The position numbers and the translations under genes are program-made. This document shows positions 21,301 to 31,715 of a stretch of DNA of 64,000 nt, piece after piece. This DNA comes from Desulfobacterales bacterium (GTDB lineage Bacteria > Desulfobacterota > Desulfobacteria > Desulfobacterales > UBA2245). Position 1 is the first letter of the stretch; the number at the start of each line of letters is the position of its first letter. Location: positions 1 to 64,000 of the forward strand of contig JAXGZF010000004.1 of assembly GCA_040771865.1 (NCBI GenBank), given 5' to 3'. The notes beneath the pieces were generated by a model. The model was not told the origin of the DNA. It was given only the letters and a program-made list of their open reading frames with translations, and did no database searches.

Positions 21301-23242
21301 GCTGATTGGAGACAGTCTGCGCATTCAGCAGGTTCTGACCAACCTGCTGAGCAATGCGGTCAAGTTTACAGAACGTGGCGGTGTGATTCTGATCGGGGTG
21401 GAAGCGCTGGAAAAAACGCAGGATTCCGCCAGACTGGCGTTTCGGGTCAAGGACTCCGGAGTGGGCATTGATCCTGAATACCAGCAGCGTATTTTTGGGA
21501 GTTTCAGCCAGGGGGACGCATCCACCACGCGAAAGTACGAGGGAACGGGCCTGGGGCTTTGCATCTCCGACAAACTGGTGTCCATGATGAACGGGCAGAT
21601 TTATTTCGCCAGCGCGCCCGGAGAAGGCACCACGTTCAGCTTCATTCTTCCCTTAAAGCGGCAGCCAAAGGCCGAGGAAAAAGAGTTGACGCCACCTGCC
21701 GATATTCGCCACCTCAGAGCCATGGTGGTCGATGATTGTTCGGACAGCCGGACCCTGACCAAAAAGATGCTGGAATCGTTCGGAATGACTGCGGAGGTGT
21801 TTTCTTCGGGCCGGGCTGCTCTCAATCGGCTTGAGGCGATTCTAACGGGTCAGCCGGCAGTGAATCTTGTGGTGATGGATTGGCTGATGCCCCAGCTCAA
21901 CGGCATTGAAACCGCCGTGAAAATGCGAAGTGAGATGGATTTTTCCGGCCCGATCATTCTGATGACGGCTTTCGGAAAAGACAGCGAAAAAAATGAGGCT
22001 GAAAAGGCAGGCATCAACGCTTTTCTGACCAAGCCCATCTCGGCTTCCACCCTGTTTGACGCCATGATGGACGCTTTTGGAAGATCAGAGCTTCGAGTCG
22101 GCAAGCCCGAAAAGCATATGGCCACCAAAGCCTCGATTTATATGCAGAGACTTCGGGGCCGCCGGGTTCTGGTGGCCGAAGACAATCCCACCGGTCAGGA
22201 AGTCGCCAGAGCAATGCTGGAACTGGCGGGGATTTCGGTGAGCATTGCAGCCAACGGAAAAGAGGCGGTTGAGGCCGTTCAAAAACAGCCGTTTGATGCC
22301 GTTTTGATGGATATTCAGATGCCTGAGATGGACGGTTATGCAGCGACGCGGCAGATTCGAAAAGATCCGCGTTTTCACCAGATGCCCATCATTGCCATGA
22401 CAGCCCATGCCATGAAGGGTGACGAAGAAAAATGCCTGGCAGCCGGTATGGATGGCTACATATCCAAGCCCGTCAGCCAGGAAAGATTGTATTATACCCT
22501 GTGGAAATTTATTCAGGCGACATCCCCGCTTCGACAGGCACGGGAAGATATCCGAGAGCCTGAACAGGATCGTTCGGACAAAGAAGCCCATGCTCTGAAT
22601 GCCGGAGATCTGCCGCTGACGTTGCCGGGCATTTTCGTTCATCAGGCGCTTTCAGCCCTCAATATCGATCCGGCCGCTTTTAAACGGATTCTTTTCGGCT
22701 TTCTGGCGAGCAACCGTCAGACGGCGGGAAATATTGAGAAGGCCTATTCCGACAATGATTGGCAATCTCTTGAGCATCTGAGTCACAGCCTGAAGGGAAG
22801 CGCGGCCAACATTCGGGCGGAGGGCCTGTTTGAAGCCGCCAAGGTGCTTGAGGCTGCCGCCAGAGATGCCCAGGCAACCCGGACGCCTCCGGACCCGGCG
22901 CTTGTCGATCAGGTTAAAAAGCATTTGGACCAGGTTCTTGGCGGCTTGCAGACCTTTGCTCAAAGCGGTCAAAGCGTTTCCGCAGAGAGCGAAAAGCCCC
23001 CGATGGATGAGCAGATCGTCAAAAAACTGTTACAGAATCTGGCTGACGCGCTGGTTCTGGCCGACCCTGAAACCGTCTCTCAATGCGCAGCTGAGGCCCT
23101 GGAAAGTATGGACAGCCCGAATTTCAGGGAGCTTGAAGTTCAGATCAACAATTATGATTATGAAGATGCCCTGAAAACCGTTCAGCGCATCTTCGATGAA
23201 TACGGATGGAAGGTCGAAAACTCCCGCGATGATGCACAATAA
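18395..23242 (+). CDS. Sodium:solute symporter (SLC5)-fused hybrid histidine kinase, CbrA/CrbS-like (SLC5-PAS-HisKA-HATPase-REC-REC-Hpt)
   Basis: [40 protein letters not shown] and [27 protein letters not shown]; two receivers (MDWLMP, MDIQMP); Hpt [10 protein letters not shown]. Confidence 0.92.
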   Translation: MFSHLTAVLIFLLYFFSLFAIALWAERRAGAGKSIANNPVVYTLSLAVYCTAWTYYGSVGLVMSTRGMLFVAYFIGPTIAIILSWIVLRKMVRIKNTHHITSIADFIAARYGKSEALAAIVTLIALMGIIPYIALQLKSILSTLNVITTPAEGSVSWVADHIGYIMVGLMIFFTIVIGVRRLDPTERHEGMVMALAVECVVKLLGLLTAGIFVTYSIYNGFGDILERFSQSPHAGFTNLTALGNQPYMLWTTYIVLSMSAIWFLPRQFHVAVVENSDERHILTAMWLLPLYMFLINIFVVPIALGGLLRGLPPDQGDTFVLQLPLFHGAPWLAMLVFIGGFSASIGMIMISSMTLSTMMTNHLMLPMFGWFQGLGFLKKHLLRCKWISVAAIIILSFWFEQKVGASYMLVNIGMISFAAILQFAPSILGGIFWYRGNKFGAFLGLSAGFLLWCHTLLVPSLIKSGWISAVFLETGPLGLDFLKPESLFGMKALDPLTHAVFWSMLANIGLYVLGSLLYRPGRTEQQLMNEFVGALSSPIAPSPLEREAYIDLEGKEEEIRKLLCQYFTDSEVQEKMNKCLAALNLKNKTRISIAELLKLHREIEKMLSGAIGAAAAHKAIANAVQFSEQETDDLMDAYREILADFRVSPEELRAKIDYYQEKELLLTNHAEELEQLNKILELRIQQLQETEKALAESEQKYRSIFENALEGIFQASPEGYFSSASPSMAQILGYADPQELIQGITDFETQLCADKGRIDELLKMLEHQDSVKNFECRLTRKNGELIWALIQARALRNEDGKLVSMEGFVQDITVRKKAEEALHNAYKELENRVEARTAQLRKMNLELQKTKEAAEAATHAKSEFLANMSHEIRTPMNGIIAASELALNERQIPKLEHYLKIINNSAYSLLGLINDILDFSKIEAGKLDFEMRPFRLDELLDRVIEMFLNKTVEKRIELLVDINAGTPQALIGDSLRIQQVLTNLLSNAVKFTERGGVILIGVEALEKTQDSARLAFRVKDSGVGIDPEYQQRIFGSFSQGDASTTRKYEGTGLGLCISDKLVSMMNGQIYFASAPGEGTTFSFILPLKRQPKAEEKELTPPADIRHLRAMVVDDCSDSRTLTKKMLESFGMTAEVFSSGRAALNRLEAILTGQPAVNLVVMDWLMPQLNGIETAVKMRSEMDFSGPIILMTAFGKDSEKNEAEKAGINAFLTKPISASTLFDAMMDAFGRSELRVGKPEKHMATKASIYMQRLRGRRVLVAEDNPTGQEVARAMLELAGISVSIAANGKEAVEAVQKQPFDAVLMDIQMPEMDGYAATRQIRKDPRFHQMPIIAMTAHAMKGDEEKCLAAGMDGYISKPVSQERLYYTLWKFIQATSPLRQAREDIREPEQDRSDKEAHALNAGDLPLTLPGIFVHQALSALNIDPAAFKRILFGFLASNRQTAGNIEKAYSDNDWQSLEHLSHSLKGSAANIRAEGLFEAAKVLEAAARDAQATRTPPDPALVDQVKKHLDQVLGGLQTFAQSGQSVSAESEKPPMDEQIVKKLLQNLADALVLADPETVSQCAAEALESMDSPNFRELEVQINNYDYEDALKTVQRIFDEYGWKVENSRDDAQ

Positions 23243-24317
23243 TTCAAAACGGCCCCTGGTTCTGATTGTCGATGACAACCCGACCAACATAGACCTGCTG
23301 GTCAACACGCTGAAGACGGATTGCCGTCTTGGAATCGCGAAGAACGGGCCCAAGGCGCTGGCCTATGTCGGAGAACAGCTTCCCGATCTGATCCTGCTGG
23401 ACATCATGATGCCCGACATGAACGGATACGAGGTATGCACCCGACTCAAAGAAGATCCGCGCACACGGGACATTCCGGTGATTTTCATCACAGCTCTGGT
23501 CGAGCCCGCACACAAGACCCGCGGTTTTGAGGTCGGCGCCGTGGATTACATCACCAAGCCCTTCCATGCCGGGGAGGTCAGGGCCCGGGTCAAAACGCAC
23601 CTGGCGCTGAAGCGCATGAATGAAGAACTCAACGCGCAGAACATCGTTCTTGAAAAAAAGGTTGCGGAAAAAACGGCCGAGCTTGAGGAAATGCTGCAGG
23701 CGACGATTCGCACGATGGCCCTGACCCTGGAGGTCAGAGACCCTTATACGGCGGGGCATCAACAGAGAGTGGCCGAACTGGCATGCGCCATAGCCCGGAA
23801 AATAGGGTTTTCCAAGGACCGGATACGTGCGATTCATTTTGCAGGACTGCTTCACGACATTGGAAAAATTCGCGTACCCGTATCCATTCTCAACCGCCCG
23901 GGAAAACTGCTGGAAGCCGAGTTCGAGCTGATTCGGGTTCATCCTCAGACCGGCTACGATATCTTAAGGCATATACATTCACCGTGGCCGCTGGCGGAAA
24001 TCGTTCTTCAGCATCACGAACGCCTCGACGGTTCGGGATATCCTCTGGGCCTCAAGGAAGATGCCATTTTGCCCGAGGCCAAGATCATCGCTGTTGCGGA
24101 CGCCATGGAGGCCGAAAGTTCGTTTCGCCCGTATCGACCGGCCCTGGGAATCGACCACGCGCTCGCCGAGCTGATTTCAAAACGGGGAGTGTTGTTTGAT
24201 TCCCAGGCAGTGGATGCATGCCTTGCGCTTTTCAAAGAAGAAAACTTTCAGTTTGTCGCTGATCGTCCAATTATTATAGAAAATTTGCCGGATACGGATC
24301 TTCTGCTTCAGGATTAA
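23229..24317 (+). CDS. REC-HD-GYP response regulator (RpfG-like c-di-GMP phosphodiesterase)
   Basis: IVDD and LLDIMMP receiver; YTAGHQQRV, LHDIGK, HHERLDGSGYP and RPYR motifs. Confidence 0.92.
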   Translation: MMHNNSKRPLVLIVDDNPTNIDLLVNTLKTDCRLGIAKNGPKALAYVGEQLPDLILLDIMMPDMNGYEVCTRLKEDPRTRDIPVIFITALVEPAHKTRGFEVGAVDYITKPFHAGEVRARVKTHLALKRMNEELNAQNIVLEKKVAEKTAELEEMLQATIRTMALTLEVRDPYTAGHQQRVAELACAIARKIGFSKDRIRAIHFAGLLHDIGKIRVPVSILNRPGKLLEAEFELIRVHPQTGYDILRHIHSPWPLAEIVLQHHERLDGSGYPLGLKEDAILPEAKIIAVADAMEAESSFRPYRPALGIDHALAELISKRGVLFDSQAVDACLALFKEENFQFVADRPIIIENLPDTDLLLQD

Positions 24318-25070
24318 ATGCGCATGCATGTTATTGACAGCCATATCCACTGCGGAATTCAGAACGTCAGCCAGCCGTTTTCCGATATACGGCCCCTGCT
24401 GGTTCGCGCCCGGATTTCCGGGGCCTGTCTTTATGCGCCGGTGGAAGACATCTATGACCGCTATCGTCCCGGCTTTGACGACAATGAGTCCTGGAAAGCC
24501 ACGCGGAAGCGGGCGCACGACTATCTGCTTCAGATCGCATGTCAGAACAAAGATATCTATCCGTATTATTTTGTCTGGAACGATTTTATCATTGAGGATC
24601 TGGACCGGGGATTTGCCGGAATCAAATGGCATCATCATGCCGGAGAGCCACCGTATCACTATGAGGACCCGCGATGCGGCGCCACGATTGATGCGATCTG
24701 CGAGCGGGGTCTGCCCGTGGTTTTTGAGGAAACCTTTGACCGAACCATCTGGTTTATCGAACAGACGGCCGGCCGCACGCCGGTCATCATTCCGCATCTG
24801 GGGTTATTAAACGGCGGATTTTTCCAGCTGCTTGACTCGGGGGTTTGGAAAGATGAGACGATATACGCGGATACGGCCCTTGCCGGACCTGTCGAGATTC
24901 AAACCTTTCTCGATCATTACGGCGCCGGCCGACTGCTTTTTGGAAGCGACTACCCGTTCGGCTATCCGGACAATCAGCTTCAACATCTACTGAACATGGG
25001 AATTTTGCAGGAAGACCTGAAAAAAATCTGTGCGGAAAATATTCTGCGGCTGGTGGGTAGTAACACCTAG
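24318..25070 (+). CDS. Amidohydrolase_2-type metallohydrolase
   Basis: IDSHIH, GIKWH, IPHLG, YADTA and LFGSDYP motifs; abuts the HD-GYP stop codon. Confidence 0.85.
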   Translation: MRMHVIDSHIHCGIQNVSQPFSDIRPLLVRARISGACLYAPVEDIYDRYRPGFDDNESWKATRKRAHDYLLQIACQNKDIYPYYFVWNDFIIEDLDRGFAGIKWHHHAGEPPYHYEDPRCGATIDAICERGLPVVFEETFDRTIWFIEQTAGRTPVIIPHLGLLNGGFFQLLDSGVWKDETIYADTALAGPVEIQTFLDHYGAGRLLFGSDYPFGYPDNQLQHLLNMGILQEDLKKICAENILRLVGSNT

Positions 25071-25431
25071 GACGCCGACTGATGATGATGGGGGTTTTGG
25101 CGCCGAATTCGACTTGCCTGAAAAATCTTCCCGGAAAATAGACCCCGGGCCAGCCCTTCCAATGGAATCTTATCCCGGACAGGGGATTGCAGCCAAATTT
25201 TTTAATACAGCAATTATTTGCTTGAAGATGGCGCATAAAGAAGGTAGAGAATTTTAAAGTTGCCCTGATTGTTTTTTGAAAGCAGTCCGATTGACAATGT
25301 GTGTAAAATGGTTTTTGAATGCGTCGTTCAGGCATTAAAACGGAAACAGCCTGCCATCTCTTCCCAAACCCGGAAGCGAAGTTCATCTATCGGCCGTTTC
25401 AATTCCAGAATTTTCATTAAAGGAGAGCAGA

Positions 25432-25773
25432 ATGAATATCTATGTAGGCAATTTGTCGTACGATGTTACCGAAGATGAGTTGCGACAGGCTTTTGAGGCG
25501 TTTGGCCAGGTTGAAACCGTTAATATCATAAAAGACAAATTCAGCGGACAATCCAAGGGATTCGGCTTTGTTGAAATGCCGTCAGCCGACCAGGCAAAAT
25601 CTGCGATTGAGGATTTAAACGGCAAGGAATTAAAGGGAAGAGCGCTCAACATCAATGAGGCCCGTCCGAAAACCGAAGGCGGCGGCGCCAGAAAGCCCCG
25701 CGGCTTTGGCGGCGGCAGAGGTCCTGGCGGCGGGGGCGGCAGGGGCCCGGGTGGCGGCGGACGTCGTTATTAA
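25432..25773 (+). CDS. RRM RNA-binding protein with a Gly/Arg-rich tail
   Basis: RNP2 IYVGNL, RNP1 KGFGFVEM, GGGRGP repeats; AAGGAG RBS. Confidence 0.95.
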   Translation: MNIYVGNLSYDVTEDELRQAFEAFGQVETVNIIKDKFSGQSKGFGFVEMPSADQAKSAIEDLNGKELKGRALNINEARPKTEGGGARKPRGFGGGRGPGGGGGRGPGGGGRRY

Positions 25774-25813
25774 ATCAAGATTGTCACATCTGAATTCACC
25801 ATATCATTGTTTC

Positions 25814-25855
25814 AAGGGTGGGGAGAGATTGCAGAATTTCTTCCCCACCCTTTTT
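25814..25855 (+). terminator. Intrinsic terminator after the RRM gene
   Basis: AAGGGTGGGGA...TCCCCACCCTT followed by Ts. Confidence 0.75.
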
Positions 25856-26218
25856 GCTGACAGCAGGCCGCCTTCACACTTCTGAGAACAGCCTTCCGAT
25901 ATCCCTGATAAAAGCAACCGATGGTTCCCGAATTTTGAAACCGGCTGTCCGTATAAACCCGCCGATGCCTTGATTCATCATTCCCGCAGCATTCCATTCA
26001 GTCCTTCCCGACTCGACGAATAATGCATTATTCCCAAGAAATTGCGAATAATCCCGGCGCGTCATCGTGTAGTCAAGGTCTCCTTTCCGGCAGTTGACAA
26101 TGAGGTTTTGTTTCTGTTAGGGTGGCATCACTATGGCACTTCTTTGTGCGATTCCGACGCGCCTTTGCGATTCCAGGGACTCTGGTTTTTACAGATCCAT
26201 ACGGGCAGGATAAAAGCT

Positions 26219-27907
26219 ATGATTATCGGACTCGATGTAGGGGGCACGTATGCGGATGCAGTCCTCCTGGGCCCTGAGGGCCTGATTCATTCCGTCAAGG
26301 TTTCCACCGATCCTTCCGATCTGTTTACCACCGTGCTGACCGGACTTGAAAAAGTCACTCATGGGATCGATCCCTCGCAAATTCAACGCCTTGTTCTAAG
26401 TACGACGCTGGGCACCAATGCCATCGTTCAAAAACAGATGCCGCCCGTCGGCATGATCGTTTCCGGTGGTCCGGGTGTGGATGCGAGTTTGTATAAAACC
26501 AACGATCATTATTGCGTAGTTGGCGGATCTATCGATCATCGCGGGCGGGAGATCGAACCGGTCAATGCCGGGGAAATTCGGAAAATCGCCGATATCTTCC
26601 GGAAAGAAGGCCTAGATCGCATCGGCGTGGTGGGAAAATTTTCGGTTCGAAATCCATCGCATGAATTGAAAATCGCCGATATTCTGGGAGACGGATTTGA
26701 AAAGATCTTTCTTGGCCACAGAGTATCCGGAAACCTGAATTTTCCCCGGCGCATTGCCACCGCTTTTCTCAATGCCGCCGTATACCCGATTCACAAAAAA
26801 TTTTTCGAAGCCGTCAAAAAATCCCTTGAAAAAAAAGGCTTAAACGTTCCGATTCATATTCTCAAGGCGGATGGCGGAACGATGCGGTTTGAATCCTCCA
26901 TGGAATTTCCTGGCCAGACGATACTCTCCGGCCCAGCGGCCAGCGTGATGGGCGCCATCGCCTTTGCCTCGCCTCAAACCGAAAGCCTGGTGCTGGACAT
27001 CGGCGGCACGACCACGGACATGGCGGTTCTGCTGAACCAGGTTCCGTTGCTTAATCCGCTGGGAATCACCCTGGACCGCCATCAGACCCTGATCCGTTCC
27101 CTGGAAACGCATTCCATCGGTCTGGGTGGAGACAGCGCGGTAAGAGTGAAAGACGGCAGGATCGTGATCGGACCGGACCGGTTCGGACCGGCCATGGCTT
27201 ACGGCGGATCGACCCCCACGCCCACCGACGCCCTGTTTGTTATGGGAAAGGCCTCAAACGGAAACCGGGAAAAAGCCTTGCAGGGCATCGAATCCATTGC
27301 CGGCGCCCTTGGAATCGATCCGGAGCAGACCGCTCGCCGGATTTTTGATGCCGCATGCGCCACAATTCTGTCCGAGGCCAGGGAAATGATCTTTCGCATC
27401 AACAGCAAACCGGTATACACGGTCCGCGAGCTTTGGGAGGGGGCCAGCGTCAATCCGACGGAAATGCTGGTTCTGGGAGGACCGGCCCAGTATTTTGCCG
27501 AACATTTCAGGACGATTTCCGACTATCAGGTCCGCGTCGTTCCCCACTGGGGTGTGGCCAATGCCGTGGGTGCGGCCCTTGCCAGAACGACCTGCGAGGT
27601 GGCGCTGCTGGTCGATACCGAGCAGGGAATCGCTACCGCTCCTGAGGAGGGACACACCGAACGCGTCGGCCGCAATTTTACGCGGGATGACGCTTTAAAG
27701 AAAGCATTCGAGCTGCTGCGCAACAAAGCCCTTGAAAAAGGTGCCGATCCCGAAGCGCTCGAAATGGAGGTTATCGAAGACCTTCAGTTCAACATGGTTC
27801 AGGGTTTTTACACCACTGGCAAAAACATACGGGTGAAGGTGCAGGTTCAGCCCGGCCTGATTCGCGGATTTTCTCAAGGAGTCCAACATGCTGAAAGCCA
27901 GGTATAA
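26219..27907 (+). CDS. Hydantoinase A/oxoprolinase-family ATP-binding protein
   Basis: GLDVGGT, STTLGTNA, ILSGPAAS, DIGGTTTD, IGLGGDS, PTPTDA and ANAVGAA motifs. Confidence 0.88.
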   Translation: MIIGLDVGGTYADAVLLGPEGLIHSVKVSTDPSDLFTTVLTGLEKVTHGIDPSQIQRLVLSTTLGTNAIVQKQMPPVGMIVSGGPGVDASLYKTNDHYCVVGGSIDHRGREIEPVNAGEIRKIADIFRKEGLDRIGVVGKFSVRNPSHELKIADILGDGFEKIFLGHRVSGNLNFPRRIATAFLNAAVYPIHKKFFEAVKKSLEKKGLNVPIHILKADGGTMRFESSMEFPGQTILSGPAASVMGAIAFASPQTESLVLDIGGTTTDMAVLLNQVPLLNPLGITLDRHQTLIRSLETHSIGLGGDSAVRVKDGRIVIGPDRFGPAMAYGGSTPTPTDALFVMGKASNGNREKALQGIESIAGALGIDPEQTARRIFDAACATILSEAREMIFRINSKPVYTVRELWEGASVNPTEMLVLGGPAQYFAEHFRTISDYQVRVVPHWGVANAVGAALARTTCEVALLVDTEQGIATAPEEGHTERVGRNFTRDDALKKAFELLRNKALEKGADPEALEMEVIEDLQFNMVQGFYTTGKNIRVKVQVQPGLIRGFSQGVQHAESQV

Positions 27908-29198
27908 AACCGGACTGGTGTTTTTTCCGGCCTTTGACTGGGCGATCAGCCCGACCCATCCGGAAAGAGAAGAGCGGCTGCTGTACACTCAGGACCAGGT
28001 TTTCGAAGAAGGACTTTTCGATATCGATGGGATCAGGGAGTTTAAACCCGAGCTGGTGGAAGAGGCAGACGTCAAGCGGGTGCATTTTTGTGTTCCTTCG
28101 GTCGGCCGCGTGATGACCGAATCGCATTTCATCAGCGCCGGCGGCGCCAAAACCATCGCAAGGGCCGTGATGGACAAGAAGGTGGAACGCGGCTTTGCCC
28201 TGGTCAGGCCGCCCGGACATCACGCCATGCGGGTGGTTCACGGGGCCCGGGGGTTCTGCAATGTCAACATCGAGGCCATCATGATCGAATACCTTCGAAA
28301 GGCCTACGGCATCAACAGAGTGGCGATCGTGGACACGGACTGCCACCATGGCGACGGAACCCAGGATATTTACTGGCATGATCCGGACACCCTGTTTATT
28401 TCCATTCACCAGGACGGCCGCACCCTGTATCCTGGGTCCGGTTTTGTTCATGAGATGGGAGGTCCCACGGCTGTGGGAACCACGTTGAACATTCCCCTGC
28501 CGCCCCAGACCTCGGAAGAAGGTTTTCTCTATGCGATTGAAAACGTGGTTCTGCCCGTTCTGCAGGACTTCAAACCGGATATCATCATCAATTCCGCAGG
28601 CCAGGACAATCATTTCACCGATCCGATCACCAATATGAATTTTTCGGCCCAGGGTTATGCCAAGCTGACCACGCTGTTAAAGCCGGACATCGCGGTCCTC
28701 GAAGGCGGCTACTCCATTGAGGGCGCCCTTCCCTATGTGAATGTCGGCATTATTCTGGCCATGGCAGGGATGGACTACGCGCATGTTCGGGAACCCAACT
28801 ATGATCCGGATCGTATCCGCCAGACAACCCAAGTTACCCGCCGAATCGAATCGGTCTGCGATCAGGTGATGGATGTCTGGGAAAATCGCGAAAATCTGCG
28901 CAGCAAAGCCATGAACGGAAAGGATCTTGAAACCCGAACCCGGCACATTTTCTACGATACCGATCAGATCGTGGAAAATCAGTTCGAGACCCTGAAGGTA
29001 TGTCCGGATTGCAGCGGGGTTCTGAAGATCGATTCTTCCTCGGACAGGGGCCGGGAAATCAGGGCGGTGCACATCCCCCGAAAAGCCTGCCCGAGGTGCA
29101 TCGAGCTCGGGTATCAGTGGTATGAGGCGGCAAAAAAAGGCCGTTACGGCCAGATTTTCCTTCAGGACCGTCCCAGGGATCTTTTCCTCGAATCGTGA
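27888..29198 (+). CDS. Zn-dependent histone deacetylase-family amidohydrolase with a C-terminal Cys-rich extension
   Basis: HPE, RPPGHHA, GFC, DTDCHHGDGTQ, SIHQ, SAGQD and LEGGY; tail contains CPDC and CPRC. Confidence 0.9.
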   Translation: MLKARYKTGLVFFPAFDWAISPTHPEREERLLYTQDQVFEEGLFDIDGIREFKPELVEEADVKRVHFCVPSVGRVMTESHFISAGGAKTIARAVMDKKVERGFALVRPPGHHAMRVVHGARGFCNVNIEAIMIEYLRKAYGINRVAIVDTDCHHGDGTQDIYWHDPDTLFISIHQDGRTLYPGSGFVHEMGGPTAVGTTLNIPLPPQTSEEGFLYAIENVVLPVLQDFKPDIIINSAGQDNHFTDPITNMNFSAQGYAKLTTLLKPDIAVLEGGYSIEGALPYVNVGIILAMAGMDYAHVREPNYDPDRIRQTTQVTRRIESVCDQVMDVWENRENLRSKAMNGKDLETRTRHIFYDTDQIVENQFETLKVCPDCSGVLKIDSSSDRGREIRAVHIPRKACPRCIELGYQWYEAAKKGRYGQIFLQDRPRDLFLES

Positions 29199-30130
29199 AT
29201 TCCGGCATCCCTCCAGGCGCTTTCCGCCAAGTCCGGATCAAGGATCATCTGGTCTTAAGATCCCGCCTGATTCAAGCCATACGAAACTTTTTTGCGGACC
29301 AGAACTTTCTTGAAGTCGAAACCCCCTTGAGAATTCCGGCGCCGGCACCGGAAATTCACATCGATACTCAGGGTTCGGACGGCTGGTTTCTGCAGTCCTC
29401 TCCGGAACTGTGCATGAAACGGCTTCTGGCAGCAGGCTATTCCAGGATTTATCAGATCTGCCGGTGTTTTCGCCAAAAGGAACGCGGGGATCGCCACCTT
29501 CCCGAATTCACGATGCTCGAATGGTATGCCGCCGGCTGGAACTACCGGGACATGATGGCGCATTGCGAAGAGATAATCGGCGATGCGGCCCGGAAACTCG
29601 GCGTTTTGGCCTTGAACTATCAGGGCCGCCGAATCGATCTTGAAAGCCCTTGGGACCGGATCAGCGTATCGGAAGCCTTTGACCGCTTCGGCTCGATTTC
29701 CATGCAGGAGGCTCTGGCCAGAGACCGGTTTGACGAGGTCATGGGTCTTGAGATCGAGCCCTGTCTGGGGCTGAAGAAACCGGTTTTCCTCTACGACTAT
29801 CCCGCCCGCTGCGGAGCGCTGGCGCGTTTAAAACCCGAAAACTCCGATCTGGCCGAACGCTTTGAGCTTTATATATCCGGCATTGAGATTTGCAACGCCT
29901 TCAGCGAGCTGATTGATCCGATCGAACAGCGGCGGCGTTTTGAGAAGGAACGCGCGCTTCGCGCCCAAATGGGAAAAATTGATTATCCGCTTTCGGAAAA
30001 ATTTCTTCAGGCTCTGAAATTCATGCCGCCCGCGGCAGGAAACGCACTGGGCCTGGACCGGCTGGCGATGCTTTTTGCCGACGTTCCGGATATCGATTCG
30101 GTAACGGCCTTTACGCCTGAGGAGTTATAG
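29195..30130 (+). CDS. epmA: EF-P beta-lysyl transferase (LysRS catalytic-domain paralog)
   Basis: FLEVETP, LQSSPELCMKRLL, HLPEFTMLEWY, AERFELY, EICNAFSEL and ALGLDRL; no anticodon-binding domain. Confidence 0.92.
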   Translation: MNSGIPPGAFRQVRIKDHLVLRSRLIQAIRNFFADQNFLEVETPLRIPAPAPEIHIDTQGSDGWFLQSSPELCMKRLLAAGYSRIYQICRCFRQKERGDRHLPEFTMLEWYAAGWNYRDMMAHCEEIIGDAARKLGVLALNYQGRRIDLESPWDRISVSEAFDRFGSISMQEALARDRFDEVMGLEIEPCLGLKKPVFLYDYPARCGALARLKPENSDLAERFELYISGIEICNAFSELIDPIEQRRRFEKERALRAQMGKIDYPLSEKFLQALKFMPPAAGNALGLDRLAMLFADVPDIDSVTAFTPEEL

Positions 30131-30137
30131 AGGCTAA

Positions 30138-30280
30138 CAGGCTGTTGAAAAACTGCGCCTGAGACCGCCATTCAGCGTTGCGCGACTCTCGCCAATGCTC
30201 ACATATGCTTGAATATGCTGCGCTTGTCGCATCGCCGCGCGCCTTTCCACACAGGCTGATTCTTGTTTTTCAACACCCTG
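30138..30280. mobile_element. 143-bp MITE-like element
   Basis: 16-bp terminal inverted repeats CAGGCTGTTGAAAAAC / GTTTTTCAACACCCTG (1 mismatch), flanked by CTAA on both sides; no transposase. Confidence 0.7.
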
Positions 30281-30323
30281 CTAAAGCTTATTTTAGAGGG
30301 CTGGGGCTGTATGGCACGATTTT

Positions 30324-31538
30324 TCATTCCAGGGGTTCCAGAAAGGCCTTATCCGTTTTGTCGACCGGCGCCGGGGCTTTCCGGGAGCTGTAGATCAAAA
30401 AGATCACCGGAGCCAGGATCATCATCAGGGCGCCGAAGGAAAAAGCCCGACGAAGTTCAAAAACATCCATGGCTATGCCCCCGGCCATGGCGCCGGCCAG
30501 CATGCCCAGGCTGTGGGCAAGATTCATCAGGCCCATCGTCGATCCCATTGAATCCGTTCGGCTTCCCGTGGCCACGCAAAGGGCCATGAGCGCGGGCATG
30601 GCGATGCCGCCGCCGATTCCGAAAAGGGCATTGGCCAGAAACAGATCGGCAAATCCCTGAGCCCATTCATAGGAAACAATGCCGATTCCAGCGATCACAC
30701 ACCCGCAGACGACCATGAGTTTCCGGTCGATCCGGTCGGCCAGAAGCCCCATCGGAACGTTGAGAATTCCGCTGATGAAGATTCCCAGCATCACCAGAAA
30801 GCCGATGGAAGATCCCGATAGTTTCAGCTCGGCCGAGGCAAAAACCGGCATGAAACTCCAGATGATGCCGATGCCGGCGGCATAGGCGAACCGCACCAGC
30901 AGAAGGCCGGTCATATACCGGTCCCGGACCAGTTTTCGAAAGGAAACAATGGGCTTTTTCGCCCAGGTTGCGCGCTCCGCGCGCCGGGTCGGAAGCGCCC
31001 ACATGCCGAACAGGGCGCCAATGCCGGCCAGGGCACCCATGCAGGCAAAGGCCGTCCCCAGGCCGAAGCGATCGTTGACGATGCCGCCGAGAAGCGGTCC
31101 CATGCTCAGCCCGCAGAAGGCGGCAAGGTTGAAAAGCCCCATGATCAGGCCTTCCTTGCCTGCCGGGGTGATGTCGCCGGCATAAGCCTGGATCACGGGC
31201 ATCATCATGGCCGAGGCCATGCCCTGCACAAATCGCAGGATGATCAGTGTTTCCACGTTTCTGGACGCGATCAGACCCAGGGAGATCAGGGCATATCCGG
31301 AAAGTCCGGCTATGATAAGCGGTTTTCGGCCTTTCTGGTCCGAAAGTCTTCCGAAATAGGGCAGCAGCAGAGCCTTGGAAAAGGAAAAGGCGCTGAAAAT
31401 CAGGCCGATATAGATGCCCGAAGCCCCCAGGTCATGGGCATAGACGGGAAGCAGGGGCACAACGATTCCGACGCCGGTTACCGCTGAAAAAAGACAAACC
31501 AGCAGCGCGCCGAAAACGGTTTTATCGTTTCTGTTCAT
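30324..31538 (-). CDS. MFS transporter
   Basis: Motif A twice (GRLSDQKGRK, GLLADRIDRK); about 12 hydrophobic segments. Confidence 0.92.
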   Translation of the reverse strand: MNRNDKTVFGALLVCLFSAVTGVGIVVPLLPVYAHDLGASGIYIGLIFSAFSFSKALLLPYFGRLSDQKGRKPLIIAGLSGYALISLGLIASRNVETLIILRFVQGMASAMMMPVIQAYAGDITPAGKEGLIMGLFNLAAFCGLSMGPLLGGIVNDRFGLGTAFACMGALAGIGALFGMWALPTRRAERATWAKKPIVSFRKLVRDRYMTGLLLVRFAYAAGIGIIWSFMPVFASAELKLSGSSIGFLVMLGIFISGILNVPMGLLADRIDRKLMVVCGCVIAGIGIVSYEWAQGFADLFLANALFGIGGGIAMPALMALCVATGSRTDSMGSTMGLMNLAHSLGMLAGAMAGGIAMDVFELRRAFSFGALMMILAPVIFLIYSSRKAPAPVDKTDKAFLEPLE

Positions 31539-31616
31539 AGGCCTTTCCCGTTCGAAGGCACCTCATATCATTCCCGCCTTCCGTAAACAAGTTCGGGTTT
31601 GAAGTACCTCAAAAAT

Positions 31617-31655
31617 AAAAAAGATTCAAAGATTTCCTGAAACCTTTGAATCTTT
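31617..31655 (-). terminator. Terminator-like hairpin downstream of the PMM/PGM gene
   Basis: AAAGATTCAAAG...CTTTGAATCTTT inverted repeat with a T run on the minus strand; the stem is AT-rich. Confidence 0.5.
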
Positions 31656-31715
31656 GTAAAATGCGATTTTTGGATGTGATGCAGAGTCCGCCGGAATGGA
31701 TGCATGCCCGAAGTA

